From: an uncultured Alphaproteobacteria bacterium
Lineage (GTDB): Bacteria; Pseudomonadota; Alphaproteobacteria; UBA2136; UBA6156
NCBI GenBank assembly: GCA_937928525.1
Contig: CALFWJ010000160.1
Location: forward strand, 1 to 46,497
Reading direction: 5' to 3'
Length of the DNA: 46,497 nt
Part shown: positions 33,359 through 42,532 of the stretch, in pieces
Position numbering within the stretch: position 1 is the first letter of the stretch
How the letters are laid out: each line of letters starts with the position of its first letter
Notes under the pieces: generated by a model
Seen by the model: only the letters and a program-made list of their open reading frames with translations
What the model was told of the DNA's origin: nothing
Database searches by the model: none
Position numbers and translations under genes: made by a program

Positions 33359-33787
33359 ATGCCGAGCTTAAAAACCATTAAAATTATTGCGGCCGCAGCT
33401 ACGCTTATTGCTTGTGTGGTGTTTTTCGGCCTTTGGCGTTATACCGCGCTGCAGCTCAAAGACACCAAAGAAGATCTGGCCACGGCAAACACAACGATTG
33501 AGCAACACGTAAAAAATAAGCAAATTACCGAGGAGGTAGCCAATGAATACCAAGCCACTATTGCTGAGCTTAACGCTAATATTAGCCGCCTGCAGCGGCA
33601 ACCAGTACGATGCCACCCCATTACCGGCGCGGCCGGCGGGAATAATGCAGCCACCGCAGCCACAAAGCTACCTAGAGGAAATGGAGTCAGCTCTGCGTTC
33701 CTCTACGACTTTGCCGGCAGATGCGAACGAGAGCGACTAAAGGTTAAAGGGCTGCAAAGTTTTGTTAACCGGCTATATAATGATTAA
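33359..33787 (+). CDS. i-spanin (Rz-like)
   Basis: N-terminal TM (IIAAAATLIACVVFFGLW) and a coiled-coil periplasmic domain. It lies directly after the endolysin and contains an embedded lipoprotein ORF. Confidence 0.75.
   Translation: MPSLKTIKIIAAAATLIACVVFFGLWRYTALQLKDTKEDLATANTTIEQHVKNKQITEEVANEYQATIAELNANISRLQRQPVRCHPITGAAGGNNAATAATKLPRGNGVSSAFLYDFAGRCERERLKVKGLQSFVNRLYND
33543..33740 (+). CDS. o-spanin (Rz1-like lipoprotein) embedded in the +1 frame
   Basis: GAGGAGG RBS, lipobox LILAAC (Cys17), and a Pro-rich mature part (TPLPARPAGIMQPPQPQ). Confidence 0.75.
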   Translation: MNTKPLLLSLTLILAACSGNQYDATPLPARPAGIMQPPQPQSYLEEMESALRSSTTLPADANESD

Positions 33788-34199
33788 AGAATCCAAGCCG
33801 GCCTTTTAACGGCTCAAACGGCAGCGTGCATTGGTTGTCCAGCACAAAACCATATTCACCAAAAAACCATGGCTTATCTTTGTTGGCCAGCAGCCTCCTG
33901 TCGTTTTGGTGCACGGTATTTACCAGGTGTGCCATACCAACAATGCCGCCGCGCCGGCGTTCTATAAAATCTTTTTCGTGCTCCATAAGCTGCAGTAAAT
34001 CTGGCACACCGCTTTGGTTAACCGTATCCACAGCATCCTGCCAATCCTCTTTTGTCATTGTTTTGCCGGCATGTATTAAAAACAGCCCCCGGTGCTTGGT
34101 GTTCCATGTGCGGTTTTCTACACCTTTATAGCCGTTAACAATGAGCCACGCCCATGGCTGCCGTATGCTCAAAACCTTTACAGGGTGTAATTTTTTCAT
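33765..34199 (-). CDS. ASCH-domain protein
   Basis: Lies in ORF 33765..34271, ATG 34199. VKVLSIRQPWAWLIVNGYKGVENRTWNTKHRGLFLIHAG is a typical ASCH/PUA-like signature. Its 3' end overlaps the convergent i-spanin by 23 nt. Confidence 0.75.
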   Translation of the reverse strand: MKKLHPVKVLSIRQPWAWLIVNGYKGVENRTWNTKHRGLFLIHAGKTMTKEDWQDAVDTVNQSGVPDLLQLMEHEKDFIERRRGGIVGMAHLVNTVHQNDRRLLANKDKPWFFGEYGFVLDNQCTLPFEPLKGRLGFFNHYIAG

Positions 34200-34282
34200 G
34201 TTTTTTCCTTTGCGCGATTGCTTTTTGTTTGTTAGTGCGTTATGTTTTAACTGCACCAACATAATTAACACAGAGGTTTATA

Positions 34283-34492
34283 ATGAGCAAGGACAATGTA
34301 AAGTGGGTAAATACCCGTATTGGCGATGAGCTTAAAGAGCGTTACGACAACGCGCTAAGCACGGCCAAAAAAGAAGTGGGCAGGCATATTGCCAGCCCGG
34401 AAATTATTGTGCCGGCATTAACTGCGTTTTGCGAGGCCGTTGAGTCTGGCAATGCGCGCGAGTTTTTGAACGGGCAATACACAAAAAAATAA
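34283..34492 (+). CDS. Small RHH-like protein on the opposite strand to its neighbours
   Basis: VNTRIGDELKERYDNALSTAKKEVGRHIA fits a ribbon-helix-helix N-terminus. AGAGG RBS. Divergent from the ASCH gene. Confidence 0.5.
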   Translation: MSKDNVKWVNTRIGDELKERYDNALSTAKKEVGRHIASPEIIVPALTAFCEAVESGNAREFLNGQYTKK

Positions 34493-34510
34493 AGCCCCGC
34501 TAAGGGCTTT
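34491..34510. terminator. Bidirectional terminator-like hairpin
   Basis: AAAGCCC-CGCTAA-GGGCTTT (7-bp stem with A/T flanks), between the convergent ends of the 34283 ORF and recT. Confidence 0.5.
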
Positions 34511-34556
34511 ACCAAAACAACCGCCACGCCTCTGCTACAAGCGCACCAGGCGGTTT

Positions 34557-35708
34557 TTATATGGGCGGCTTTTCTGTGTCTGCCGATTCCGGCTCAGGCG
34601 TTGGTTCTGGCTCAGCTGCGGCCGCCTCTGCAGCCTGCGCAGCCTTACTAACCTTGCGCGCGGCCTCTTGCCACTCTTTATGCTTGTGGCGCACCAGGTC
34701 TTTTTGTGTGTCGTCCAGCGTGCCAACCCAGGCCTTGTAATCATGCCAGCCAGCCTTGGCTTTTTTCTCGCCCTCTGCCACCAGCTCTTTTTGCTTGCTG
34801 TCGTCTGCCGGCTGTTCTTCAACCACCTCAACATCAATAATGTTGCTGTCTGGCTCAGCTACGGCCGCAGCTGGCTGCTCTTCCTCAACAAGCTCGCCCT
34901 GGGCTGCTTGCGCCGGCTCTGTGTCGCCCTGGCTTACATTTTCGTTAATGTTGTCCAGTATAGTTTTTCGCACCGGTGTGGCCGCCTCTATAGCCTGGTT
35001 TGGGTCGTAATTATTGCGGTTGTCGTAATCCACAATATCCTGCAGCCCTTGTATGCTTGCAAAAAGCTGCTTACATGCGTTTTTAATGGCCGCTGCTTTA
35101 GCTTTTTCCACATAGTCGCTGCTCCATACGTACTTTTGCTTAGCAGCACCCTTGGCGCGGTCAATGCGCTCTTTAGCCACATCCGTAACCCGCTGTATTA
35201 AACGGCCGTTGTCTGTGTACGTCACGGCAAAAAGTATGCCTATAAAATCTTTTTCACCGCTGCGAAATGCGCCGGCTTTTTTATGCGTGTAGTTTTGCTG
35301 GCCGTTTTCATTCCATATTTTAACCTCATCGCCGCTATAAACAGGCTCAACAACAAAATCAGCGTCCGGGTAAAACTCTTTAATTTTAGCCAGGTAGCCA
35401 CGGTAGCCCATTTGAAAGGTGCAATTATTGCCGTATTTAACCAAGTGCGCGTGCTGCCGGCCATCAATATACACGCCACGGTTGGCCGCCTCTATCATTG
35501 TGGCTTTAATGCTTTGAGGGTTACAACCGCTCAAGTCCTGCTTTGTACCCACGCTGGCCTGTATGGTGCTAAAAACGCCATAAGCGTATTTGGCAACCTT
35601 ATTCATGGCCGATTCATCGCCTGGGTTAACGCCCATAGCAACGGCCATCTCCTTGCTGGTTTCAGTGCTGGTAAGCTCCTGCTTTATAACTGCTAATTGG
35701 TTGCTCAT
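34557..35708 (-). CDS. recT: RecT-family single-strand annealing protein
   Basis: CNPQSIKATMIEAANRGVYIDGRQHAHLVKYGNNCTFQMGYRGYLAKI is a RecT signature. AAGGAG RBS. It has an acidic, Ala-rich C-terminal extension. Confidence 0.85.
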   Translation of the reverse strand: MSNQLAVIKQELTSTETSKEMAVAMGVNPGDESAMNKVAKYAYGVFSTIQASVGTKQDLSGCNPQSIKATMIEAANRGVYIDGRQHAHLVKYGNNCTFQMGYRGYLAKIKEFYPDADFVVEPVYSGDEVKIWNENGQQNYTHKKAGAFRSGEKDFIGILFAVTYTDNGRLIQRVTDVAKERIDRAKGAAKQKYVWSSDYVEKAKAAAIKNACKQLFASIQGLQDIVDYDNRNNYDPNQAIEAATPVRKTILDNINENVSQGDTEPAQAAQGELVEEEQPAAAVAEPDSNIIDVEVVEEQPADDSKQKELVAEGEKKAKAGWHDYKAWVGTLDDTQKDLVRHKHKEWQEAARKVSKAAQAAEAAAAEPEPTPEPESADTEKPPI

Positions 35709-36226
35709 TGTACTGTTTCTCCTTCTGTGCTTTTGGCCAATAATTTGTAATACTCGCTAAGGTATATTTCGGTGCACCCCTCAATAATATCAGGCATGGG
35801 CAGCTGCGCCGGCAAGCCAATAACTATAACGTCATCAAATATATGAAGGCTAGGGAATACAACCACGCTGCCTATATGGGCTACACCGCCAAAGCGTTCT
35901 GCAAAAACCATAGAGTCCCACTTGCGCGGCAAAGCGGCCATTTCCTTACGGGCTTTTTTTGCCTCATCACTGCCGCCGTAAGGCGTGTACTCGCCAGGCT
36001 GCGCTTTTTTGCGCACTTGCCAGTGCTCAGGCACTTTTGCTGGCTCAGGGAAATAAAGCCCGGCCACTTTGTAGCCATCTTCCCAAAAATGCTTTGCGCC
36101 GTGTTTCGCCGCAAATTCTTTGGCGGCTGCCGTGAATCCCTCAACGCACTCTTGCCAAGCCTCTACAGCTTGCATGGCTTTTGTGCCGGGTTTTACAATA
36201 TATGGTATGCGTAAGTTCTGTGTCAT
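35705..36226 (-). CDS. Hypothetical protein (173 aa)
   Basis: ATGA-coupled on both sides within the recombination module. Confidence 0.6.
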   Translation of the reverse strand: MTQNLRIPYIVKPGTKAMQAVEAWQECVEGFTAAAKEFAAKHGAKHFWEDGYKVAGLYFPEPAKVPEHWQVRKKAQPGEYTPYGGSDEAKKARKEMAALPRKWDSMVFAERFGGVAHIGSVVVFPSLHIFDDVIVIGLPAQLPMPDIIEGCTEIYLSEYYKLLAKSTEGETVQ

Positions 36227-37185
36227 TGTTGCCTCTCATAGCTTATGTTTACGTTTGGTATTTCGCCTTTAATAATGGCGGTAGTAACGGCCTTTGCAGC
36301 CGATTCGCTTAGCATGCACTCATCCACGAGGGCATTAACAACGGCCTGGTTAACTGTGCGCCGGTGTTCTTTTTCTGTATCTGCGGCCGGGGCTGCAGGC
36401 GTTGTTGTTTTGGGTGCGTCCGCAGGCTCAGGTGTTGGCTCTGCCGGTGGCGTTTCGTTAACCTCCTCAAAGCTTGCTTGCTGCTCTGCCTCAAGCTCTG
36501 CCCTGGCCTCCTCTTTGGCTTGCTCTTTAATTTTGGCAATCCTGTCCTGTTCGTCACGCTCTGCCTTTTCCGCGCGCAGCCGCTCAAGCTCTGCGGCCTC
36601 CTGCTCTTGCTTTATGGATTCGGCCAGCATTTCGCCCAGGCGGCCGGTGCTGTTTTCAAGCACTGTATTGGCCTGGTCTGCAAACTCTTCAAAATCGCGC
36701 GCGCCAACCTCTTTAAGCTTGGCTAAACGCTCCTCAATGCCGGCAGAATCGGTTATATAATCAAAATTAACCGACTCACGCATCCACTGCACTGCTTGTA
36801 AGTGCTGGCTTTTGCGCGCCTCCTCTGCCTGCTCATAGTCTGTAAGGGGCTTGCGCACCTCATGCTGGTGCTCTTCTATAACATCCCACCAAGTGCGCTT
36901 TTGCTTATCAATGGCCTTTGTAACCTGCTTAAGCTCTGCCACATAATCTTTACCCATATTAAACACTGCGGTTTTGGTGCGCGCTATTTGAGCCGCTAAC
37001 GTGCGCCGCTCTTCCATGCCCTCCTCTGTGCTAGGGTCGAGCTTTGGCACTGTCTGCGCCTTAACCTTTGCAATAAGAGACTCAACGCCTTTTTCGGTTG
37101 TAAAAACCTCTTTGGCGTTTAAATCCTCAATTACAACCAGCTCTTTGGCCGGCTGCTCTGCTTCTTTTTTCTGTGCTTGTGCCAT
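36223..37185 (-). CDS. DUF1351-like protein
   Basis: Lies in ORF 36223..37290. ATG 37185 follows AGGAG. Its long helical region is similar to DUF1351 proteins that accompany RecT/exonuclease pairs. Confidence 0.6.
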   Translation of the reverse strand: MAQAQKKEAEQPAKELVVIEDLNAKEVFTTEKGVESLIAKVKAQTVPKLDPSTEEGMEERRTLAAQIARTKTAVFNMGKDYVAELKQVTKAIDKQKRTWWDVIEEHQHEVRKPLTDYEQAEEARKSQHLQAVQWMRESVNFDYITDSAGIEERLAKLKEVGARDFEEFADQANTVLENSTGRLGEMLAESIKQEQEAAELERLRAEKAERDEQDRIAKIKEQAKEEARAELEAEQQASFEEVNETPPAEPTPEPADAPKTTTPAAPAADTEKEHRRTVNQAVVNALVDECMLSESAAKAVTTAIIKGEIPNVNISYERQQ

Positions 37186-37187
37186 TA

Positions 37188-38156
37188 TTAAAATTCTCCT
37201 TTTTCTATAAAGCGGCGTAATGCCCACTGCGGTACGTTCATGCTGCCAATTTCGCGCTGGTAGCTTGGCCACACACCTGTGCGCTTGCACACTACGTATT
37301 GCTGTAGCAGCTCCATAAGGTGTAGGCGGCCAAAATCAAGGTAACTAAGGCCTGTTAGCTCGTCCATTGGCTTGGTGCTGCCGAAACACTCAACAATGTG
37401 CGGCCTGCCCGATTCTACGCAAGCAAAAGCGTATTCCTCAGGCGGCTTGCCGTGCAGTGCCTCATAACCGGCAAAGCTTATAGCCACACTGAGGTGGTAG
37501 CTGAGGTCAAAAGCATCCTTATAGAAAAAAGCCGGCTTAACGCTGCGCGCAATTTTTACGTCCGTTAACAGCCCATCATTGCCGGTTTTGTCCGGGCGCG
37601 TGCGCATAGGCACTTTTACAAGCTCGCCTGTTTCTGGGTCTTCAACCTCAATCTCAAAAAATATGCTGGCCTCAACATAACCTGGCGTTTTAAGTAGGCT
37701 TACAGCGTATGTGTCTTTTGCCAATGCTGCCGCCATGCTCTCAACCGTTGCGCGCTCATCCTGCGTAAGTATAACCTTGCTTTTGCCCGTTTCCGTGGCT
37801 TCCCATTTTTTTGTTTCTGGGTTTTTTGCCACCTCATAGCCAGCTTTTTGGTATTCGTCCTGCACAACCTGCATGCGTATGTCGTTTTTAAAGGCCGATT
37901 CTTTGCCTTTATCGTTGTAATATGTTTTTGGCAGCGTGTGGTAGCCCGATTCCCATAGCTCAGGCTCAAGCGCAAGCGTGTGTACAGCATTGCCCAGGCG
38001 CAGGCTTTTTGTTTTTTTCTTTTCGCCCCCATCAATGTGCAGGTATTTAAACCTGGCCGGGCAGTCGGCAAAATCTTTAAGCATACTCTTGCTTAAAAAA
38101 TCTTTTTGAGCATGGTACTCATCAATAGGCATTGTTTTGTGTAGCTGAGGTTTCAT
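37188..38156 (-). CDS. PD-(D/E)XK exonuclease (RecE/DUF3799-like)
   Basis: IDEYHAQKDFLSKSMLKDFADCPARFKY...GNAVHTLALEP...LLTDVKIARS fits PDDEXK exonucleases partnered with RecT. Confidence 0.75.
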   Translation of the reverse strand: MKPQLHKTMPIDEYHAQKDFLSKSMLKDFADCPARFKYLHIDGGEKKKTKSLRLGNAVHTLALEPELWESGYHTLPKTYYNDKGKESAFKNDIRMQVVQDEYQKAGYEVAKNPETKKWEATETGKSKVILTQDERATVESMAAALAKDTYAVSLLKTPGYVEASIFFEIEVEDPETGELVKVPMRTRPDKTGNDGLLTDVKIARSVKPAFFYKDAFDLSYHLSVAISFAGYEALHGKPPEEYAFACVESGRPHIVECFGSTKPMDELTGLSYLDFGRLHLMELLQQYVVCKRTGVWPSYQREIGSMNVPQWALRRFIEKGEF

Positions 38157-38190
38157 AGGATTCCCTTCCGTTAGTTAATTATTTACACAG

Positions 38191-38219
38191 ATTAAAACAT
38201 TATTTGCTAGGCGTGTAAA
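38191..38219 (-). promoter_or_regulatory. Candidate internal minus-strand promoter TTTACA-17-TTTAAT
   Basis: -35 at 38219..38214 and -10 at 38196..38191, in the 65-nt gap upstream of the exonuclease gene. Confidence 0.3.
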
Positions 38220-38221
38220 GC

Positions 38222-38656
38222 CTATTTAACAGGGTTGGCCAATAAATCGTGCATATCCTCTTCGCAGCGCACAATGCCGGCAATGCCGCCGGCCGCGTTC
38301 ACGTTTTCAATAAAGCGTTTCTGGTCTTTGGTGGCATATGAGCCTGGGCGTTTTACCTCTGGTGCTAAAAAAACAGCCACCTGCTTGCCTACCATATCTG
38401 GCGTTATAGTAACTGTGTGCCAGCCTATAAGGTCTGCGCTGCCGGGCACTTCCAAGCCAGCACGCACTTTGCGTAGCCGGCCGCTGCGCAGTAAGTCTAA
38501 AACACCGCGCACACCAAACTGCGTAGCAGCATCCTTTATAAGACTCAGTGCGTCTATGGTTAAAAATAAGCCTCTGTTATTGCGAAAAACGCGCGCGCCG
38601 GCTTTGCTGGCTGCAATTCTGCAGCGTTGTTGTATGTTACTCTCCTCTGTCGCCAT
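38222..38656 (-). CDS. VRR-NUC domain nuclease
   Basis: RVFRNNRG...GSADLIGW...FLAPEVKRPG carries the D..E.K core of VRR-NUC. Confidence 0.75.
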   Translation of the reverse strand: MATEESNIQQRCRIAASKAGARVFRNNRGLFLTIDALSLIKDAATQFGVRGVLDLLRSGRLRKVRAGLEVPGSADLIGWHTVTITPDMVGKQVAVFLAPEVKRPGSYATKDQKRFIENVNAAGGIAGIVRCEEDMHDLLANPVK

Positions 38657-38915
38657 TATGGGCTACCTCCAATAGTATGCCGCAATCCACAACGATTGGC
38701 CGGCGGGTTTCAACGTAAACACTGTGCGACTCAAACACTTTGCCTTTAAAAGCTGGGTCGTTGCCACTGTACGGCGTTTTATGCGTGTGCTTATATATGC
38801 GCACATCCTCTTTGGTGTAGCCGTTTTTAGTGGCGTATTCTTTTGCTTGCTCAATGTGCTCTGGGTGGCAGCCAGCGAATAAAACCATGCCGGCGGGGAA
38901 AACTTTGCGAGTCAT
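38637..38915 (-). CDS. Hypothetical protein (92 aa)
   Basis: ORF in the track, overlapping both neighbours. Confidence 0.55.
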   Translation of the reverse strand: MTRKVFPAGMVLFAGCHPEHIEQAKEYATKNGYTKEDVRIYKHTHKTPYSGNDPAFKGKVFESHSVYVETRRPIVVDCGILLEVAHNGDRGE

Positions 38916-40303
38916 GATTTAATATCCTTTGCTTTTGCCATCTTAAAAACCCACTCTGGTTTGTAGCCGCGCTCTTCGCGTATTTTGCGCAAGTCTGCCA
39001 ATGTTTTTGCCTGGCCAACCTCCATACGTTTTGCGCGCCGATTCCTTTTTTCCTCTATTTCTGCCAGCTCGCCCTCAACCTCAAAAAGCTCGCGGGATTC
39101 TACCGGGTAAACAAAGCCGCAGCTGGGGCAATCTAGCCTGGGCGGGTGGGCAAAATAACATTCCGGGCAAAGCTTAACCGGCACAGCGCGCGCCGTGTGC
39201 ATGCCGCCCCTGGTTTTAACTCTGTCCTGCAGCGTCCAGTGCCTATCATCGCAAGGGAGTCCGTGCTCTTCAAAATTGTTTGCGTGGTCAAAAATTAGTG
39301 CCGGCGTATCTTTTTTGCGTAGCACGCGCCCCCATTTTTGCATTTGCAGCGCAAGGCTTTTTGTTGGCCTTAAATCGCTCTCAACCTCAATGGTAACGTC
39401 AAAACCAACCTGGCTGGCCAAGTCAAAACCAAAGGTTAACAGCTCGCAGTTTGTTAAATAAAGCAGCTCGCGGCGCGCATAAGCCTTAATAATCTGGTTT
39501 TTTTCGTGTTCTGGCGTGTCGCCATCGAGGTGCGCAGCTGGTATGCCAGCATCATTAAACATGGCGGCTGTCATTTTGCTATGGTTTACGCTGGTGCAGT
39601 ACGCAATGCCCAGGCGGCCAAAAGCATGCTCTTTATAGTGCTGCGCAGCATCGCCAATAAGCACGGAGTCTTGCTCCATACGCTCTTTTAAATCTCGCTG
39701 CACGTAATCGCCGTTGCTTGTCCGGACGCGGCTTAAATCTACCCGGCTGGGCGCAAAAGGCCTGTAATCGCTTAGGCGTTTGTTGTCTATAAGCCAGCGT
39801 ATGCTTTTGCCGCACACCATTTTATCATACCAGCACCCTAAGCCCTGGCCGCTCAAAAGCCATGGCGTTGCGCTAAGGCCTATAATCCATGTGCCTTGCT
39901 CTTTAAGCCACTCAATAACTGTATCGCGGCCGCTGCCACCAAAATGCGTTTCATCAATAACAGCAAGGTGCGGGGCTTTTAATTGCTGTAGCCGGCGGCG
40001 CAGCGTTTCTGTGCTTGTAATATGCGCTGGGCTGTGAGGGTTAAGGCTGTGCCCGGCCGCAATATAGCTGTGCTCAAGCTCAAAATGGTTAAATGTGCCG
40101 TGCATTTGCTTAATAAGATTCCGGCGTGGCACATCAAACCAAACGCGCTTATTTTTTGCGCGCGCCCTGGCTAAAATTGCGCTGGCCATAACGCTTTTAC
40201 CTGCGCCGGTGGCGGCCTGCATCAATATGGCTTTATGGCCGTTGTGCATTTCCTCTGCTACTGCGTCCACAAGCTCTTGCTGGTCTGGGTATAATTGCAA
40301 CAT
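38912..40303 (-). CDS. SF2 DEAD/DEAH-type helicase with C-terminal zinc ribbon
   Basis: Walker A AATGAGKS, motif II VIDETH, and CPECYFAHPPRLDCPSCGF near the C-terminus. Confidence 0.85.
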   Translation of the reverse strand: MLQLYPDQQELVDAVAEEMHNGHKAILMQAATGAGKSVMASAILARARAKNKRVWFDVPRRNLIKQMHGTFNHFELEHSYIAAGHSLNPHSPAHITSTETLRRRLQQLKAPHLAVIDETHFGGSGRDTVIEWLKEQGTWIIGLSATPWLLSGQGLGCWYDKMVCGKSIRWLIDNKRLSDYRPFAPSRVDLSRVRTSNGDYVQRDLKERMEQDSVLIGDAAQHYKEHAFGRLGIAYCTSVNHSKMTAAMFNDAGIPAAHLDGDTPEHEKNQIIKAYARRELLYLTNCELLTFGFDLASQVGFDVTIEVESDLRPTKSLALQMQKWGRVLRKKDTPALIFDHANNFEEHGLPCDDRHWTLQDRVKTRGGMHTARAVPVKLCPECYFAHPPRLDCPSCGFVYPVESRELFEVEGELAEIEEKRNRRAKRMEVGQAKTLADLRKIREERGYKPEWVFKMAKAKDIKS

Positions 40304-40306
40304 ATT

Positions 40307-41509
40307 TTAATTCCCTGGATTCACCAAAACGCAGTTACGCTTTGCTCTTGTTATTGCTGTGTATGTCCACCTGCGGCGGTCTTCGCCCCGGCCTATTGGC
40401 TCGTTAATAACCACCACGTTGTTAAATTCGCTGCCCTGGCTTTTGTGGCATGTAATGGCGTAAGCGTAAGTAAAACGCTCAAGCTTGCTGTGCATGGGGT
40501 TTTCTCTATCGTATGTGGATTCATTGCCCCGGCAATCATCTGCCCACACCTTAAAACTGTCCATATCCTCAAAATCTAAAAAATAATATTGGCCGCAGTT
40601 TTTAGCATGCGCGCGTGCGTGGCCTATCATGCCGTTAAACAGCCCGGCAAAATGGTTGTTTTTTAAGCATATGAGCTTTTCGCCGGCCAGGGGCAGCTCG
40701 CTTAAAAAATCGCGCTGCTTTCTAAACCAAGCATTCATCTGGTGGCGCGTGTTATTGCGCCCCACAATAAGCTGGTCACAGTTTAAATACTTCTCTGCGC
40801 TTAGCTGGTTTTTGCGTAAAAACCAAAAGTCGTTGCCGGTGCGGCCGGGCTGTATGTATTGCCCCTCACGCACGGCCTTGCTCATCTGTATTATTCCGGA
40901 TTCCAACGCCTGCCTGTGTATCTCTTCTAAAAACGCCTCTGGTTGTAGTGGGCACTCGCCGCTTACGGGCGGCAGCTGGTATGGGTCGCCTAAAAACAAA
41001 ACCTTGCGGCACACGGTTAGCAAGTCGTCAACAATCCGCGCCGGCAGCATACTGTATTCATCCACAATAACCAGCTCGTAAAGCTTAAGCTCAGAGTCCT
41101 TGTTTAACGTAAATTTTGGCTTTTTAAACTCCTCTTGCTTTAGGCTTATATCTTTGCGTATTTCGCTGGCTCTGGCCTCATCCTGGTTAAGAATCGCGTC
41201 CTCAAGCTCTGCGGTTAGTGCCTCCATAACAGCTTTGTTGTGGCCTTTAATATCGTACAGCCAGCCGTGTATGGTGTTTACGTTTAAGCAGCCCTTTTCA
41301 CGCAGCACATTGGCCGCTTTTCCAGTGTAAGCACAATACGCCACATTTGCGTTGCCCAGCTCCTCTGCCACTTTGCTGGCCATGGTGCTTTTACCTGTGC
41401 CGGCATAACCAGCCAGCACAAATTGCGGCGAATCCGCGTCCGGGTCTTTAACCCAGGCCATAATGGAGTCATACGCGGCCACCTGGCCTGCGCTAAATTT
41501 AATTTCCAC
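40307..41509 (-). CDS. SF1 RecD/Dda-like helicase
   Basis: GYAGTGKST, IVDEYSM and AITCHKSQGSEFNNVVV motifs. GTG 41509 lies 7 nt after AGGAGG (in frame with listed ORF 40307..41548). Confidence 0.85.
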   Translation of the reverse strand: MEIKFSAGQVAAYDSIMAWVKDPDADSPQFVLAGYAGTGKSTMASKVAEELGNANVAYCAYTGKAANVLREKGCLNVNTIHGWLYDIKGHNKAVMEALTAELEDAILNQDEARASEIRKDISLKQEEFKKPKFTLNKDSELKLYELVIVDEYSMLPARIVDDLLTVCRKVLFLGDPYQLPPVSGECPLQPEAFLEEIHRQALESGIIQMSKAVREGQYIQPGRTGNDFWFLRKNQLSAEKYLNCDQLIVGRNNTRHQMNAWFRKQRDFLSELPLAGEKLICLKNNHFAGLFNGMIGHARAHAKNCGQYYFLDFEDMDSFKVWADDCRGNESTYDRENPMHSKLERFTYAYAITCHKSQGSEFNNVVVINEPIGRGEDRRRWTYTAITRAKRNCVLVNPGN

Positions 41510-41819
41510 GGCCGCGCCTCCTCTGCATGTTTTCGTTGTGCGTAACAACCTCTAAATTATCGCGCCGGCAATCAAGTGTTTGGTGGTTGCGGTGGTCAAC
41601 GTGCATATCCTCTGGCGCGTCCATAATGTACCGGTGCAGGTAAACCTTTTTGCCCTTAATGGTGGCGCGCGCATAGGGCTGCCCTGGCTTGCGTTTGCTG
41701 CCCCGGCTCTTGTGCGCATGCCATTTGTAGCGGTTAACTCTGCGGTAGTCCTGCGCGCTTATAATGGCCACATAGCCCTGCGTAAGCTCAAGCACTCGCC
41801 ATTTTTGCTTATGAGCCAT
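41499..41819 (-). CDS. HNH endonuclease
   Basis: YLHRYIM...HVDHRNHQTLDCRRDNLEVVTHNENM is an HNH motif. ATG 41819 follows GGAGG. It overlaps both neighbours by 11 nt. Confidence 0.8.
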   Translation of the reverse strand: MAHKQKWRVLELTQGYVAIISAQDYRRVNRYKWHAHKSRGSKRKPGQPYARATIKGKKVYLHRYIMDAPEDMHVDHRNHQTLDCRRDNLEVVTHNENMQRRRGRGN

Positions 41820-42369
41820 CGCCTTGCCTCCAAACAAATTTTGTGCCGCCCTGGTGGCCGCGCTTAAAGCAATACCAAGCGCAGTTATCCTTGCCGGTGT
41901 TTTTGCTGCCTGGAATCCACTTAACACGGCCAACGCTAACCACTTTTACGCAGTATTTTTTAAACTCATTGGCCTGCACAGTATGCAAATAATCAGCATC
42001 AAGCAGAACCCATATTTCGCCAGCAAAAATGCTAAGTAAATGGCGCATAATGTGGTTAAAAATCTCGCCTTTGTCCGGGCGTTTTTCCCATGGCGGGTTG
42101 GTTATAATGTGCGTGCAGCCCTGCAGCATTTTAGCCGTAAGCTTAAGCGCATCTATTTTGGTGACTCGCGGGTCTGTAGGTTTTATGTCGCTGGCATGCG
42201 CCACCTCAAGCCCGTTGTATATAAGGTGGTAGCACAGCAAAAAATTGCCGGCGCACACCTCTGCATATTTGCCTAAAGGGTCAAGGTGCTCAATAACCGG
42301 CACAGCGGCCGCATATGGCGTTTCGTAAAAATCGCGCGGGTTGCGCTCAAATTCGCTGCGTTTACCCAT
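41809..42369 (-). CDS. Orphan DNA N6-adenine-type methyltransferase (NPPW)
   Basis: DFYETP near the N-terminus, AEVCAGN (AdoMet site) and IITNPPW catalytic motif. No adjacent restriction gene. Confidence 0.75.
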   Translation of the reverse strand: MGKRSEFERNPRDFYETPYAAAVPVIEHLDPLGKYAEVCAGNFLLCYHLIYNGLEVAHASDIKPTDPRVTKIDALKLTAKMLQGCTHIITNPPWEKRPDKGEIFNHIMRHLLSIFAGEIWVLLDADYLHTVQANEFKKYCVKVVSVGRVKWIPGSKNTGKDNCAWYCFKRGHQGGTKFVWRQGDGS

Positions 42370-42532
42370 TGCTTGCCCCTATAATCTTAACCTTGGCCAC
42401 GTTTTCTGCCTCCTCAACCTTTTTTGCCCAGGCATTAGCGTCCTGCGCGCTCCAGTTTTCCAGCTGTATGCTGTGCGCTGTATTGTCGTGCATATCAACC
42501 ACAGCGTATAAAACATCCCTATTTTTTGGCAT
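42362..42532 (-). CDS. Hypothetical small protein (56 aa)
   Basis: Lies in ORF 42362..42556. ATG 42532 follows GGAGGG. It overlaps the upstream gene by 14 nt. Confidence 0.5.
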   Translation of the reverse strand: MPKNRDVLYAVVDMHDNTAHSIQLENWSAQDANAWAKKVEEAENVAKVKIIGASNG

